Assembly (NCBI RefSeq): GCF_001194135.2
Contig: NC_068988.1
Location: 4,109,249-4,173,248 of the forward strand
DNA from: Octopus bimaculoides
Lineage: Eukaryota
Direction of reading: 5' to 3'
Length of the DNA: 64,000 bases
The notes below the pieces were generated by a model that saw only the letters and a list, made by a program, of their open reading frames with translations, was not told where the DNA came from and did no database searches. Below, one piece after another: positions 53,874-64,000 of the stretch. The translations under genes were made by a program, and so were the position numbers. Position 1 is the stretch's first letter. The number at the start of each line of letters is the position of its first letter.

Positions 53874-54678
53874 TACACAGAATAAGTTCAGGCCTGGTTG
53901 TTTTAAGATGTTTGCTTCTCAACCACAGGATTATGGGTCCTAGTCCACAGTACTTTGCGCAAGAACCTTCAACTGTAGTCCCATATCAACCAAGTTAGTA
54001 ATTGGACACTAAAAGAACCCAGTCATACCTCAGCTGTGTGTGTGAATGTATGCATCTTTGTAAGAAGATCAATGAAACTACACTAAGCTATAAGTATGGA
54101 TAGTCACGTCTCTTTGTGACTCACCTACAGCGACATCCCTGTTCATGGTGAGGCTGCAACTAGTGAAGGTTGTGGATGTTTCCTATTAACAAACCACTCA
54201 CTAGCTCTATGCTGCCAAACTCTTCTGGAGTAAAAATCCTTGGAAAAACAGGTAACGGTTAGTGCTTCCAAATTTCCTCCTAGTTAAGCCATGTGAGCAT
54301 GAAAAAGCTGTCAAATGAATGAATGAATGAATGAATGAATGAATGAATGAAATAATAGTACTTACTGTAATTGCTTAAGCTTTGCAATAAGAAAGTGACA
54401 AATTACTTAACATACAATATAGCAAATAAATTAGCTGAATAATTAATTCTATATATGTAAACGATAGTTCTCTAATGATTACTGACATAATTAACTTGAT
54501 TTTTTTTTTTTCATTCTCAAGGCCACAAAACAGTCTGAGAATCACTGATTGGCACAAGATTTTTATTTTTATGAAAGTATTCTGTGAGTCTGTCTTTCTA
54601 TTACAAATATCTATACACTTTACACGTGTATCTATATGCATGTATGTGTGTGCATGTATGTATGTATGTATGTATGTA

Positions 54679-54722
<44 letters not shown>

Positions 54723-55069
54723 NNNNNNNNNNNNNNNNNNNNNNNNNNNNNNNNNNNNNNNNNNNNNNNNNNNNNNNNNNNNNNNNNNNNNNNNNNNNNN
54801 NNNNNNNNNNNNNNNNNNNNNNNNNNNNNNNNNNNNNNNNNNNNNNNNNNNNNNNNNNNNNNNNNNNNNNNNNNNNNNNNNNNNNNNNNNNNNNNNNNNN
54901 NNNNNNNNNNNNNNNNNNNNNNNNNNNNNNNNNNNNNNNNNNNNNNNNNNNNNNNNNNNNNNNNNNNNNNNNNNNNNNNNNNNNNNNNNNNNNNNNNNNN
55001 NNNNNNNNNNNNNNNNNNNNNNNNNNNNNNNNNNNNNNNNNNNNNNNNNNNNNNNNNNNNNNNNNNNNN

Positions 55070-55117
<48 letters not shown>

Positions 55118-55214
55118 GTATGTATGAATGTATGTTTGTATGTATATATAAATATACATATGAATATAATTTTGTATAATTTTGTGATAATTTTGTAGCT
55201 TTAATAAAAGATTT

Positions 55215-55390
55215 TTCATCATCATCATCATCATTCAACGTCCACTTTCCCTGCTGGCATGGGTTGGGTGGTTTGACTGAGGTCTGGAGAGCCACTGGCT
55301 GCACCAGGCTCCAATCTGATCTGGCAATGTTTCTACAGCTGGATACCCCTTCCTAACGACTACATCTCTGAGAGTGTAGTGGGTGCTTTT
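55215..55390 (-). mobile_element. RTE 3' end (family B)
   Basis: (CAT)n followed by the reverse complement of the B tail. Confidence 0.85.
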
Positions 55391-55407
55391 TACATGCTAC
55401 CAGCACA

Positions 55408-55665
55408 GGGATAAATCATCATCATCATCGTTTAATGTCCGCTTTCCATGCTGGCATGGGTTGGATGATTTGACTGAGGACAGGCAAGCCAGCAGGCTGC
55501 ACCAGACTCCAATCTGATCTGGCAGAGATTCTACAGATGGATGCCCTTCCTAACACCAACCACTCCAAGAGTGTAGTGGGTGCTTTTACGTGCCACCGGC
55601 ACAAGAGCCAGTCACACGGTACTGGCAATGGCTACGCTGAAAAAGGTGTTTTTTACGTGCCATGC
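55408..55665 (-). mobile_element. RTE 3' end (family B), tandem with the previous copy
   Basis: (CAT)n, GCTTTCCATGCTGGCATGGGTTGG..GGATGCCCTTCCTAAC..GTGTAGTGGGTGCTTTTACGTGCCAC; runs into a gap. Confidence 0.88.
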
Positions 55666-56504
55666 ATATNNNNNNNNNNNNNNNNNNNNNNNNNNNNNNN
55701 NNNNNNNNNNNNNNNNNNNNNNNNNNNNNNNNNNNNNNNNNNNNNNNNNNNNNNNNNNNNNNNNNNNNNNNNNNNNNNNNNNNNNNNNNNNNNNNNNNNN
55801 NNNNNNNNNNNNNNNNNNNNNNNNNNNNNNNNNNNNNNNNNNNNNNNNNNNNNNNNNNNNNNNNNNNNNNNNNNNNNNNNNNNNNNNNNNNNNNNNNNNN
55901 NNNNNNNNNNNNNNNNNNNNNNNNNNNNNNNNNNNNNNNNNNNNNNNNNNNNNNNNNNNNNNNNNNNNNNNNNNNNNNNNNNNNNNNNNNNNNNNNNNNN
56001 NNNNNNNNNNNNNNNNNNNNNNNNNNNNNNNNNNNNNNNNNNNNNNNNNNNNNNNNNNNNNNNNNNNNNNNNNNNNNNNNNNNNNNNNNNNNNNNNNNNN
56101 NNNNNNNNNNNNNNNNNNNNNNNNNNNNNNNNNNNNNNNNNNNNNNNNNNNNNNNNNNNNNNNNNNNNNNNNNNNNNNNNNNNNNNNNNNNNNNNNNNNN
56201 NNNNNNNNNNNNNNNNNNNNNNNNNNNNNNNNNNNNNNNNNNNNNNNNNNNNNNNNNNNNNNNNNNNNNNNNNNNNNNNNNNNNNNNNNNNNNNNNNNNN
56301 NNNNNNNNNNNNNNNNNNNNNNNNNNNNNNNNNNNNNNNNNNNNNNNNNNNNNNNNNNNNNNNNNNNNNNNNNNNNNNNNNNNNNNNNNNNNNNNNNNNN
56401 NNNNNNNNNNNNNNNNNNNNNNNNNNNNNNNNNNNNNNNNNNNNNNNNNNNNNNNNNNNNNNNNNNNNNNNNNNNNNNNNNNNNNNNNNNNNNNNNNNNN
56501 NNNN

Positions 56505-56577
<73 letters not shown>

Positions 56578-57040
56578 TATGTATATGCATTCATGAGCAT
56601 AGATATATACATGCATATACATATATATGTATACATGCATGTACATACATATATGTATATGTATAGATATAAACACATACATACACACTTACACACATGC
56701 ACACATACTCATGTATATACAATCTATTATTAGTCTGTATATCAACAGGTAGACATTTCACTCAATGATCTCATCAAAATGATTGAAACTTGCATCAAAT
56801 CTAAGTGATTTGTTGAAAAGCATATAATTTGATAGCTACCACTGTCTGATTTTTATACAAGATAAAAGATTTCTATAAAAAAATATATATAAATGTATAA
56901 TACAAATTTGAAGTTTGGAAATTGTAATACTGTTATCTGTTATTTTTGTTGCTGTTGAAGAACAGCAACAGATTTGATGCACCAACACAAAGCTTAGGGC
57001 AAGGTTTCTTTTTTCGTCTTCTTCTTTCTCTCTCCCTCTC

Positions 57041-57092
<52 letters not shown>

Positions 57093-58181
57093 AGATGTGT
57101 ATCTGTGCATGTGTGTGAGTGTGTGTGTGTGTTATCCTGCATACTTTATCTTCCTCATATTTCTTAGAGTTCTATTTACATCAGTTTCTTACTGAATGAT
57201 AACGAAATAGAAACTGCTGGTGACTGGAATGAAAATCATCTCTCTCTCTCTCCTGCTCTCCCTCTCTCCCTCTTCCTCTCTCTCTCCCTCTCTCACTCCT
57301 TCTCTCTCTCTCTTCCTTTGTTTCATTTATTCTTTATTTATTACATGGAATATTTTCATGCATTTTACATTTTGTGTTTACTTTCACTTTCATTATTTCC
57401 TTTTTTTTAAACTAATTCTATTTCTTTTATATTTATTTTAACTGTTTACATTATTTCATGATAAGTTGCAGTTGATAAATAGAGATATATATTTTGACAA
57501 GTGTTTGTCTGAAATACATCTCAATACTTTCACCTAGATTTCAGAACTCTTTGTTGATTCACCAAACAATAATAATACAGAGATAACATTAAGCTATTGA
57601 TTTTGAAATAAAACTATTTGCAAATTGTATCTTCTGACTTCCAAAACTTTACCCAACTCAAGCAACTTAAAGTGTGTCACTAGATTTCCTTATTCTCATC
57701 TTTTACAATAACTTCAATACTTTTAAGTCAGTGCTAGCATTCTACAGTAATTGGTAAATTCCTGCTGAGGTGTGACTGTGGCCCAATTCTGTTCTTGCTT
57801 TTGTTTAGTTCTCTTGATGATTTGAATCTTTTAAGACTATTGAAGGCTTGAGGAGAATGACACTTTGATATGGTCTATTCACCTTGCAGGAATATAAATA
57901 AATTGTCCATTTATAATCTATTTGTATTCCTGTAGATGAACACTGAGACAGAAATTCTAGGTAGAATCCCTTCTAAGAAGAAGAATTATATGAAGATATT
58001 ACTAAGAAGGAGTGGTGCATGCATCAAGTAATTGTAAATGAGAATGATGCAGTGGAATAGAAACCATTTACAGACAAATCAGATAGAAGACAACATTTCT
58101 GAAGATTATTTTTTTAAATCGTTTTAATTGGTTAACTGAAAAGTCAAGGGTTGTGCTTAGGAACAGGTGAGATCAACATGA

Positions 58182-58405
58182 TTAGCCTTTTGTTGTCATA
58201 TTTCTGTTGAAATATATCGTCTTTGTGTCGGTTATTTTGGAAAATAATAAAGAATTTTCTAAAACAATGCCATTATTAAGCTGGTGTTTGGAAAGTAAAT
58301 TAACAGGAAATTTTGATGTGACTTTTAAGTTAGATACTTTAAAACAGGAAGTTTGCATTGTAGGACCTGTGACAGTCTCAAGCAAATTGATATGAAAAGG
58401 ATTAA
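58182..58405 (+). mobile_element. piggyBac-type MITE (family G)
   Basis: TTAG-CCTTTTGTTGTCATATTTCTGTTGA ... ATATGAAAAGGA-TTAA; homologous to 47595-47824. Confidence 0.75.
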
Positions 58406-58458
58406 TGTTTCCTTTGAATAATTATAAGTTGATGCTTACAGCAGGGGGGGGGGAGAAT

Positions 58459-58519
58459 ATGAGCAGGAAAAGTGGGGGAACATGAGCAGGAAAAGTGGGG
58501 GAACATGAGCAGGAAAAGT
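58459..58519. repeat. 23-bp direct tandem repeat, ~2.7 copies
   Basis: ATGAGCAGGAAAAGTGGGGGAAC at 58459 and 58482, partial at 58505. Confidence 0.9.
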
Positions 58520-60519
58520 AGCTGAGTTTTATTTATTCATTTGTCATTTATTTGTTCCATCTTCCTTCTTGTTTCTTGAAAGTTTATTCCGGCACTAATG
58601 TGACCATCTTTATCTCTTTTTCCCAACTACACCCATCCACATATAAAGTGTGGTAGCCATGTACCCACTTTTATAGTAAGACAACTATACTTGTCTCTGT
58701 CTCATAATTTAGCCTTTCAACACTGGCCACCTCTCCCTGCAAAAACTATCCTCCCCACCCCTTAGTAGTAGGAGCTTTCTCCTTTTCCTCTCTCCCTGTT
58801 CTTTTTCTGCCTTGCAAGTTACTCAGCAACCTCTCTAATGCTGATGACATGAAAAAGCTAGCCATAGAAACCATGCCAAAGCATGCACACAAGCTCGTCA
58901 CAGCCCTGCAACTCACTGGATCCTGGCAAACCATCCCACCAATGCCAACATAGAAAACAGACGTTATAACACATGGTACATTTTAACCCAGTGCTCATTG
59001 TACAAATGTACCACGTGCCTACACTATCTTACATGTCTTTTTGGCAATAATTCTTTTGAAATAGGTCAAAGGAGTAAGTGTTCATAACCTTCACAAAGCT
59101 CTCTCTGAAGTTGGTGAAAGTGCTGTAGCCAACACTCAACTGTTGTTATCACTGAACCCTAATTTGCACTGATTCATCGGGCTTATGTAACAAAGCTGAA
59201 AGATTTAAAGCACCAAATGAATGAATGGAAGTGAGGAGACCATAAATAAGAAATCAAAACATTTACTCCTAATTACAAGACTAAGTTTATAATATGAATT
59301 TTGACAACTTAGAAGAATTTGGTTTAAGATTGATGACTTTGAACTTTAAATTGCAACAACAGATACCGAACTTAATTCGATAATCAATTCAAGCACAAAG
59401 GAAATGAAGTTCTAGAATAGTGCTGCTTATTTTAAGTTGTGTCTGTATTATTGAAGATATGGAGAGAGATATTCAAATCAAAACAATCAGGAAGCACCCT
59501 CCAGGAATCACTAAGGATTCTATGTCTTTTACTTTTTTTTCCGTAAAAATGTATCCATATTTTGTTTTTAAATTTGGATATTTTCCTCTGTTCAGGATGA
59601 ATACATTTTAGCAGAGATAGCTTGTCTGTTGTAAACTATTTTAGCATGAAACTGCCATCAGTGCACATTTTTACTGCTAAGTAGACATAGCAGAATAAGC
59701 CTTATGTAAATAAATGTTGTGATACTTTAATTGTTCAAACTGCTGCATAGGGAGATTTCATTAAACATTTATACAACTTCAGATATTAAACTTATCTGGA
59801 AAATCAGAACTGTCATTTCTAGGAAACAAATATGACAAAAAAAAAAGAGACGTAAGAAGGAAATTAAACAGATTTAATACTGATTTCAAAATTCCAGTCG
59901 TGTTCTATATAAATTGATATTTTAAAATATTTATTGATACGCCACAAACATCAAAGGAGTGGGAAAACATTTAAATGAAACATATTCCTATATTTTGATA
60001 ATGTTGATAATGAGGATGATGAAGATGGCAATGATGGTGATAAACAAGAAGCATAACGAGTGAGAGGAGATTTAAGTTAGATGCGAAAAATAAATTATTT
60101 AACTTCAAATATTACTATTTTGAATCAGAAAAGATAAAGTTTTTAATTTTACTTTGAAATCCAAAAATGACCACACCATTCTAATAGATATTGACAGAGT
60201 GTTCAATAATCTGTTATCAGGACTTTTCTCCTATTTTTTTCCTCATAATTATGGCTTTCTGTTAACAGGAAACTACATTGGAAACAAGAATGATATACTA
60301 GAATTATTTCTATGGAATTATTGAAAGAAATTTAATTAAAATGAACAATGAATCAGGATTAGGTAATTTTAATTCTTGGATTTCTTCCTGGGTAATCAGT
60401 ATATAAAGACAAAAGATGGGTGTCGTTCTTGTCTTTGAATAAACCCTGAATGACAATGGAAACACTTTATTGTAAAAACATAGATATATATATAAATATA
60501 TATATACAATATAAATACA

Positions 60520-60748
60520 TTATTTACATTATTTACATTTGACGGATATTTGTCCTCATCTTTGTTGTTAACACAATGTTTCGGCTGATATACCCTCCAG
60601 CCTTCGTCAGGTGTCTTGGGGAATATCAGGAGGGTATATCAGCCGAAACGTTGTGTTAACAATAAACAAGATGAGGACAAATATCCGTCAAATGTAAATA
60701 ATGTAAATAATGTAAATAATTCCTCATCTCTTAAATATAGAACTGTAT
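60520..60748. mobile_element. Penelope-type terminal-repeat fold-back insertion with apparent TSD
   Basis: About 80-bp arms (60519-60598 versus 60629-60711), 30-nt spacer; AATATAAATACA repeated at 60508-60519 and 60749-60760. Confidence 0.7.
60570..60615 (-). ncRNA. Minimal type I hammerhead ribozyme (Penelope-associated type)
   Basis: GACAC-CUGACGA-A-GGCUG(GAGGGUAUAU)CAGCC-GAAAC-AUU-GUGUU: intact core, 5-bp stem II, 5-bp stem I. The opposite arm shows the palindromic GAAACGUU version of stem III. Confidence 0.7.
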
Positions 60749-60929
60749 AATATAAATACAGTTAGATAAGGTCAGTTTATGGGATTACCCTGGGTTTCAT
60801 GTCCATAGAGAGCTAAGCTTTACGGTGTATCATCAGATGGCAAAACCTGTTGTCTTAAGGCTTCTCTAAAATATGGAGGAAGAAAGGACCTCGCAACTCA
60901 ATGTCAACAACAGAGGATTGTCTCCCTTT

Positions 60930-61822
60930 AGTTACCTGTTATCTTTGGTGAACCTGTTATCTTGTGGGTTCCAATACACCAGCAGGAGTTTCCTGAAATG
61001 CAAGCATGTTCCAGAGACCTCTGTTCTAGAGCTATTAGGGTCAGCCAGCACCTTAGCTTCATAGATGACTCTCTTGGTTTTGCAGTTACCTCTCACTGGG
61101 CATCTGTTGTGGTCTCTGCTTGCGCATCCTGCCTCTACTTGTGGTCTAGGGGTGCTAACTAGAATACTCTCAATATTGGGGGCACAGCTAAAAGAGACCC
61201 TAAGGTTGTGCTTGCTGAAAATGCGTGCATACCTATGTGAATGTGTGAAATGTTTATCTATTAACTTAAGGAATATCCTACTTAGAGACACTTCTATGTT
61301 AAGAGAGAAGTGATAGTGGTGGTGGTGGTGATGGGGGGGGGGGCTAACCAAATGATATTTCTGTGACACTTCCTTCTATGGATGTTGGGGCCCGGCATGT
61401 AGGAGATGCGGTTCTTAAATCCACTAGCAGGTAAGGCCTCATTATAATTGGGGGTTGCTGCATCAAAAATCTCTTGGTTGGAGGAAAGGTTCATGATCCT
61501 CTTGCTAACACCCTTCACCAGGTTTTTGAACACAATGGGTGGGTGACAGGAGGCTGTGTTGATGTACGCTAACCTCTCATTTGGCTTAGGGTACGGCCTG
61601 TATCTACCAGAGCCTAAGACATCCACAGTGACGAGATTTGTCTCGATAGTAATTTTCAGTTCCATAGAGATTTTTGATGCAACATCCCCCTACTATAACA
61701 AGGCCTTAGCTGCTAGGACATTTAGGGACTGCATCTCTTATATGCTGGGCCCCAACATCCATAGAAGGAAGAGTCGCAGAAATATCATTTGACTTGTTCC
61801 CAACCCCACTACTACCAACACC
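60930..61822 (-). mobile_element. Penelope-like element relic (RT thumb, linker, GIY-YIG endonuclease) with inverted duplicated segment
   Basis: LKITIETNL..GRYRPYPKPNERLAYINTASCHPPIVFKNL..KRIMNLSSNQEIF..YNEAL..SGF..RNIIW..PP; FLKLIDKHF..IFSKHNLRVSFSCAPN..C...CPVRGNC..RVIYEAKV..(C)IGT. These match PLE ORF motifs. Confidence 0.9.
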
Positions 61823-62723
61823 ATGTGTGGAAGCAAAACTTGAAATCAAAGGGCTTTAAGGTTAACTTAGTCAAGACTAAGGTTCTAGTTAGTAAGGAAA
61901 CTGACAGAATCCTTCCCGTATCAGCTAAACGACCCTGCTCAATATGTAGGTAAGTTGTAGGCAGGAATTCCATATAGTGTACCCAGTGCAAGCTATGGTC
62001 ACACAAAAGGTGCAGTGGAATAATAGAAAGACGATCAAGGAAGTAGTGTTTTTATGTGGAAGATGCACAGGAGCCATAAAACCTACAGATAGTCAGGAAA
62101 TTGATTTTCTCAAATGCTCCAGCTGGTCTTTAGAGGTAATGGATCATTTCTGCTACCTAGGGGACCTACTTAGCAGTAGAAAAGGATGTAATTGCTACAA
62201 TAAGAATAGGATGGTGAAAATTCAAAGAGCTTTTACCTCTGTTGGCAATCAAAGGTCTCTCTCTCTTTCCAAGTGAAAGGAAGATTGCATGATGCAGGTA
62301 CATGAATAGCAATGCTACATGGTAGTGAGACATGGGCCCTGAATGCAGAAGGTATGTAAAGGTTAGAGAGGAATGAAGCTAGTATGTTCTGCTGGACGTG
62401 CACTGTCAGTGCACATGTGCAACAGAGCACCAATGTATCAAGAGAAAAGTCAAGCATAAAAGGAATAAGATGCAGTGTGCAAGAGATTGATAGTGGTGTT
62501 GGTGCCACATTAAAAGCACCGGTTCTGGCACTACATATAAACTACTCAGTAAACCCTGTAAAGTAATTGGTGTTAAGAGAGGTATCCAGCCATACAAATC
62601 ATGCCAGAACAGACAATGGAGCCTGGTGTGCCCCCCNNNNNNNNNNTCCCGTTAAGCCATCCATCACATGCTTGCATGGAAAACAGACATTAAATGATGA
62701 TGATGATGATGATGATGATGATT

Positions 62724-62778
<55 letters not shown>
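61822..62778 (+). mobile_element. RTE-clade LINE fragment (RT motif 6, PHD-like finger, motif 7, C-terminus, B2 tail, (GAT)n)
   Basis: VWKQNLKSKGFKVNLVKTKVLVS..RPCSICR*VVGRNSI*CTQCKLWSHKRCS..VVFLCGRCTG..LEVMDHFCYLGD..GSETWALN..LERNEASM. Confidence 0.9.
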
Positions 62779-62779
<1 letters not shown>

Positions 62780-64000
62780 ATACATACACACAAACACATA
62801 TAGCATTAGATTGTTCTTAATATTAAAATATTTCCATTATTCACGAAGTGAAAGAAAATAGTTCAAAATATGATTAAAAGGACAAGAAAGATGCCAAATA
62901 AATACTTTTGAGATTCTCAAAGTGGTGGCCATAACCTGGGAAGATTTTATATTTGTGAATTAAGTTCTTTAAATTGTGCCATCTTTCAATCAACAAAGCA
63001 GATTAATAGTCAGCTTAAGAACTGAAGAAATATAAGAATAATTACAAGATATTTTTCAAAAAATAATCGGTTGGGATTTAGAACAATAAATTTCAGATTT
63101 TATTAAAACATGTCAAAATTTTTACCTCATGTCATAAGAATAAAAGATATGAAAGAAAGTATAGTCTGTAGATGATATTTTCTATTGTTGATTCTATGAG
63201 GAGATGATTTTATATCTGACAATAACATTTCATTCAATTGTTTGCTCCTTCGAGCAAAGATATTGCCTTTAATTTCATATAATTATTCATGGAAGCTGAA
63301 AGAATATAATTAGAACAGAAATGTTTTTAATGATACAGATGAATAATTTTACATTTATTATCCACAAAGACACATTATAAGCGATAGAAGAGTATTCCCC
63401 TTTCTTCATCTTCATTAGGGATTTCAGTAGAAGGTTTAGGCAAAATTGTGACAACTATTAATTTTTGATATGAAATGATTTTTTTTTCTTCTCTACAGGT
63501 AACATAATGATAAAATGTTGAGACAGTTTATTCTATTCTTAGTCTTTTTTCATTCAAACCCATTATTTTGTGCTGTTGCTTTTCAATTCATTTCCCCTAA
63601 TTATGTATTTTGGTCCTGTTTTCCAAAATATATTTCTTCAGTAATTAGTCTGTCTTGATTAGAAATTTATGACACATTTCTGAATCTACACCACAACAAA
63701 TAAAAGCCTTAAGACCCAAACAATTAAAATATAATCAATAAAGGCAAAAAAAAAAAGGAAAGTTTCTGGAATTTGTGATATGTGGACAGACGAACCAAAG
63801 AATTTTGTCCTTGAAATGTGTTAAAAACGTTTTGAGTGATGATTATTAAGAACACTTGAGATATCAATTATGTTCTCTTTGATAGACATGACCTTCAGAA
63901 GTAAACACAATTTGATAACTGCTGTACAATAAAACACGACTCAGTGACAGTTAGACATTACTAATGAGCAGACATGATCAAAAATGCATATAAAAGGAAG

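Noticed and set aside
58207-58395. 62-aa ORF as a possible exon
   Set aside because: Lies wholly within a family G MITE copy.

Overview
This is a very AT-rich, gap-containing eukaryotic window with no recognisable host protein-coding gene, tRNA gene, rRNA gene or CRISPR array. It is dominated by microsatellites and decayed transposons. The repeat repertoire suggests an octopus or other coleoid cephalopod genome; this is inference from recalled repeat families, not a database match. Almost all long ORFs in the supplied track are artefacts of N-gaps and (TA)n/(CA)n/(ATT)n repeats. Recognisable protein-derived sequence is all transposon relic: three or four RTE-clade LINE fragments (12.6k, 52.4k, 61.8k, faint 30.4k), a Penelope-like element (RT thumb plus GIY-YIG, 60.9-61.8k), a Tigger/pogo transposase (18.9-20.0k) and a mariner-type transposase (37.2-38.3k). 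There are also several tRNA-derived SINE families and a TTAA-flanked piggyBac-type MITE family. The most interesting signals are: (1) a C4HC3 PHD-type zinc finger inserted between RT motifs 6 and 7 of the RTE LINEs; (2) fold-back insertions at 60.5k, 47.9k and 23.4k, two with apparent 12-13 bp target-site duplications, one carrying a near-canonical minimal hammerhead ribozyme; (3) three hammerhead-like motifs with a covarying U3-A8 core (UUGAAAA); (4) a variable-copy ~65-bp hairpin-bearing array in the RTE 3' UTR. All alignments and counts were done by eye, and boundaries are approximate unless stated.
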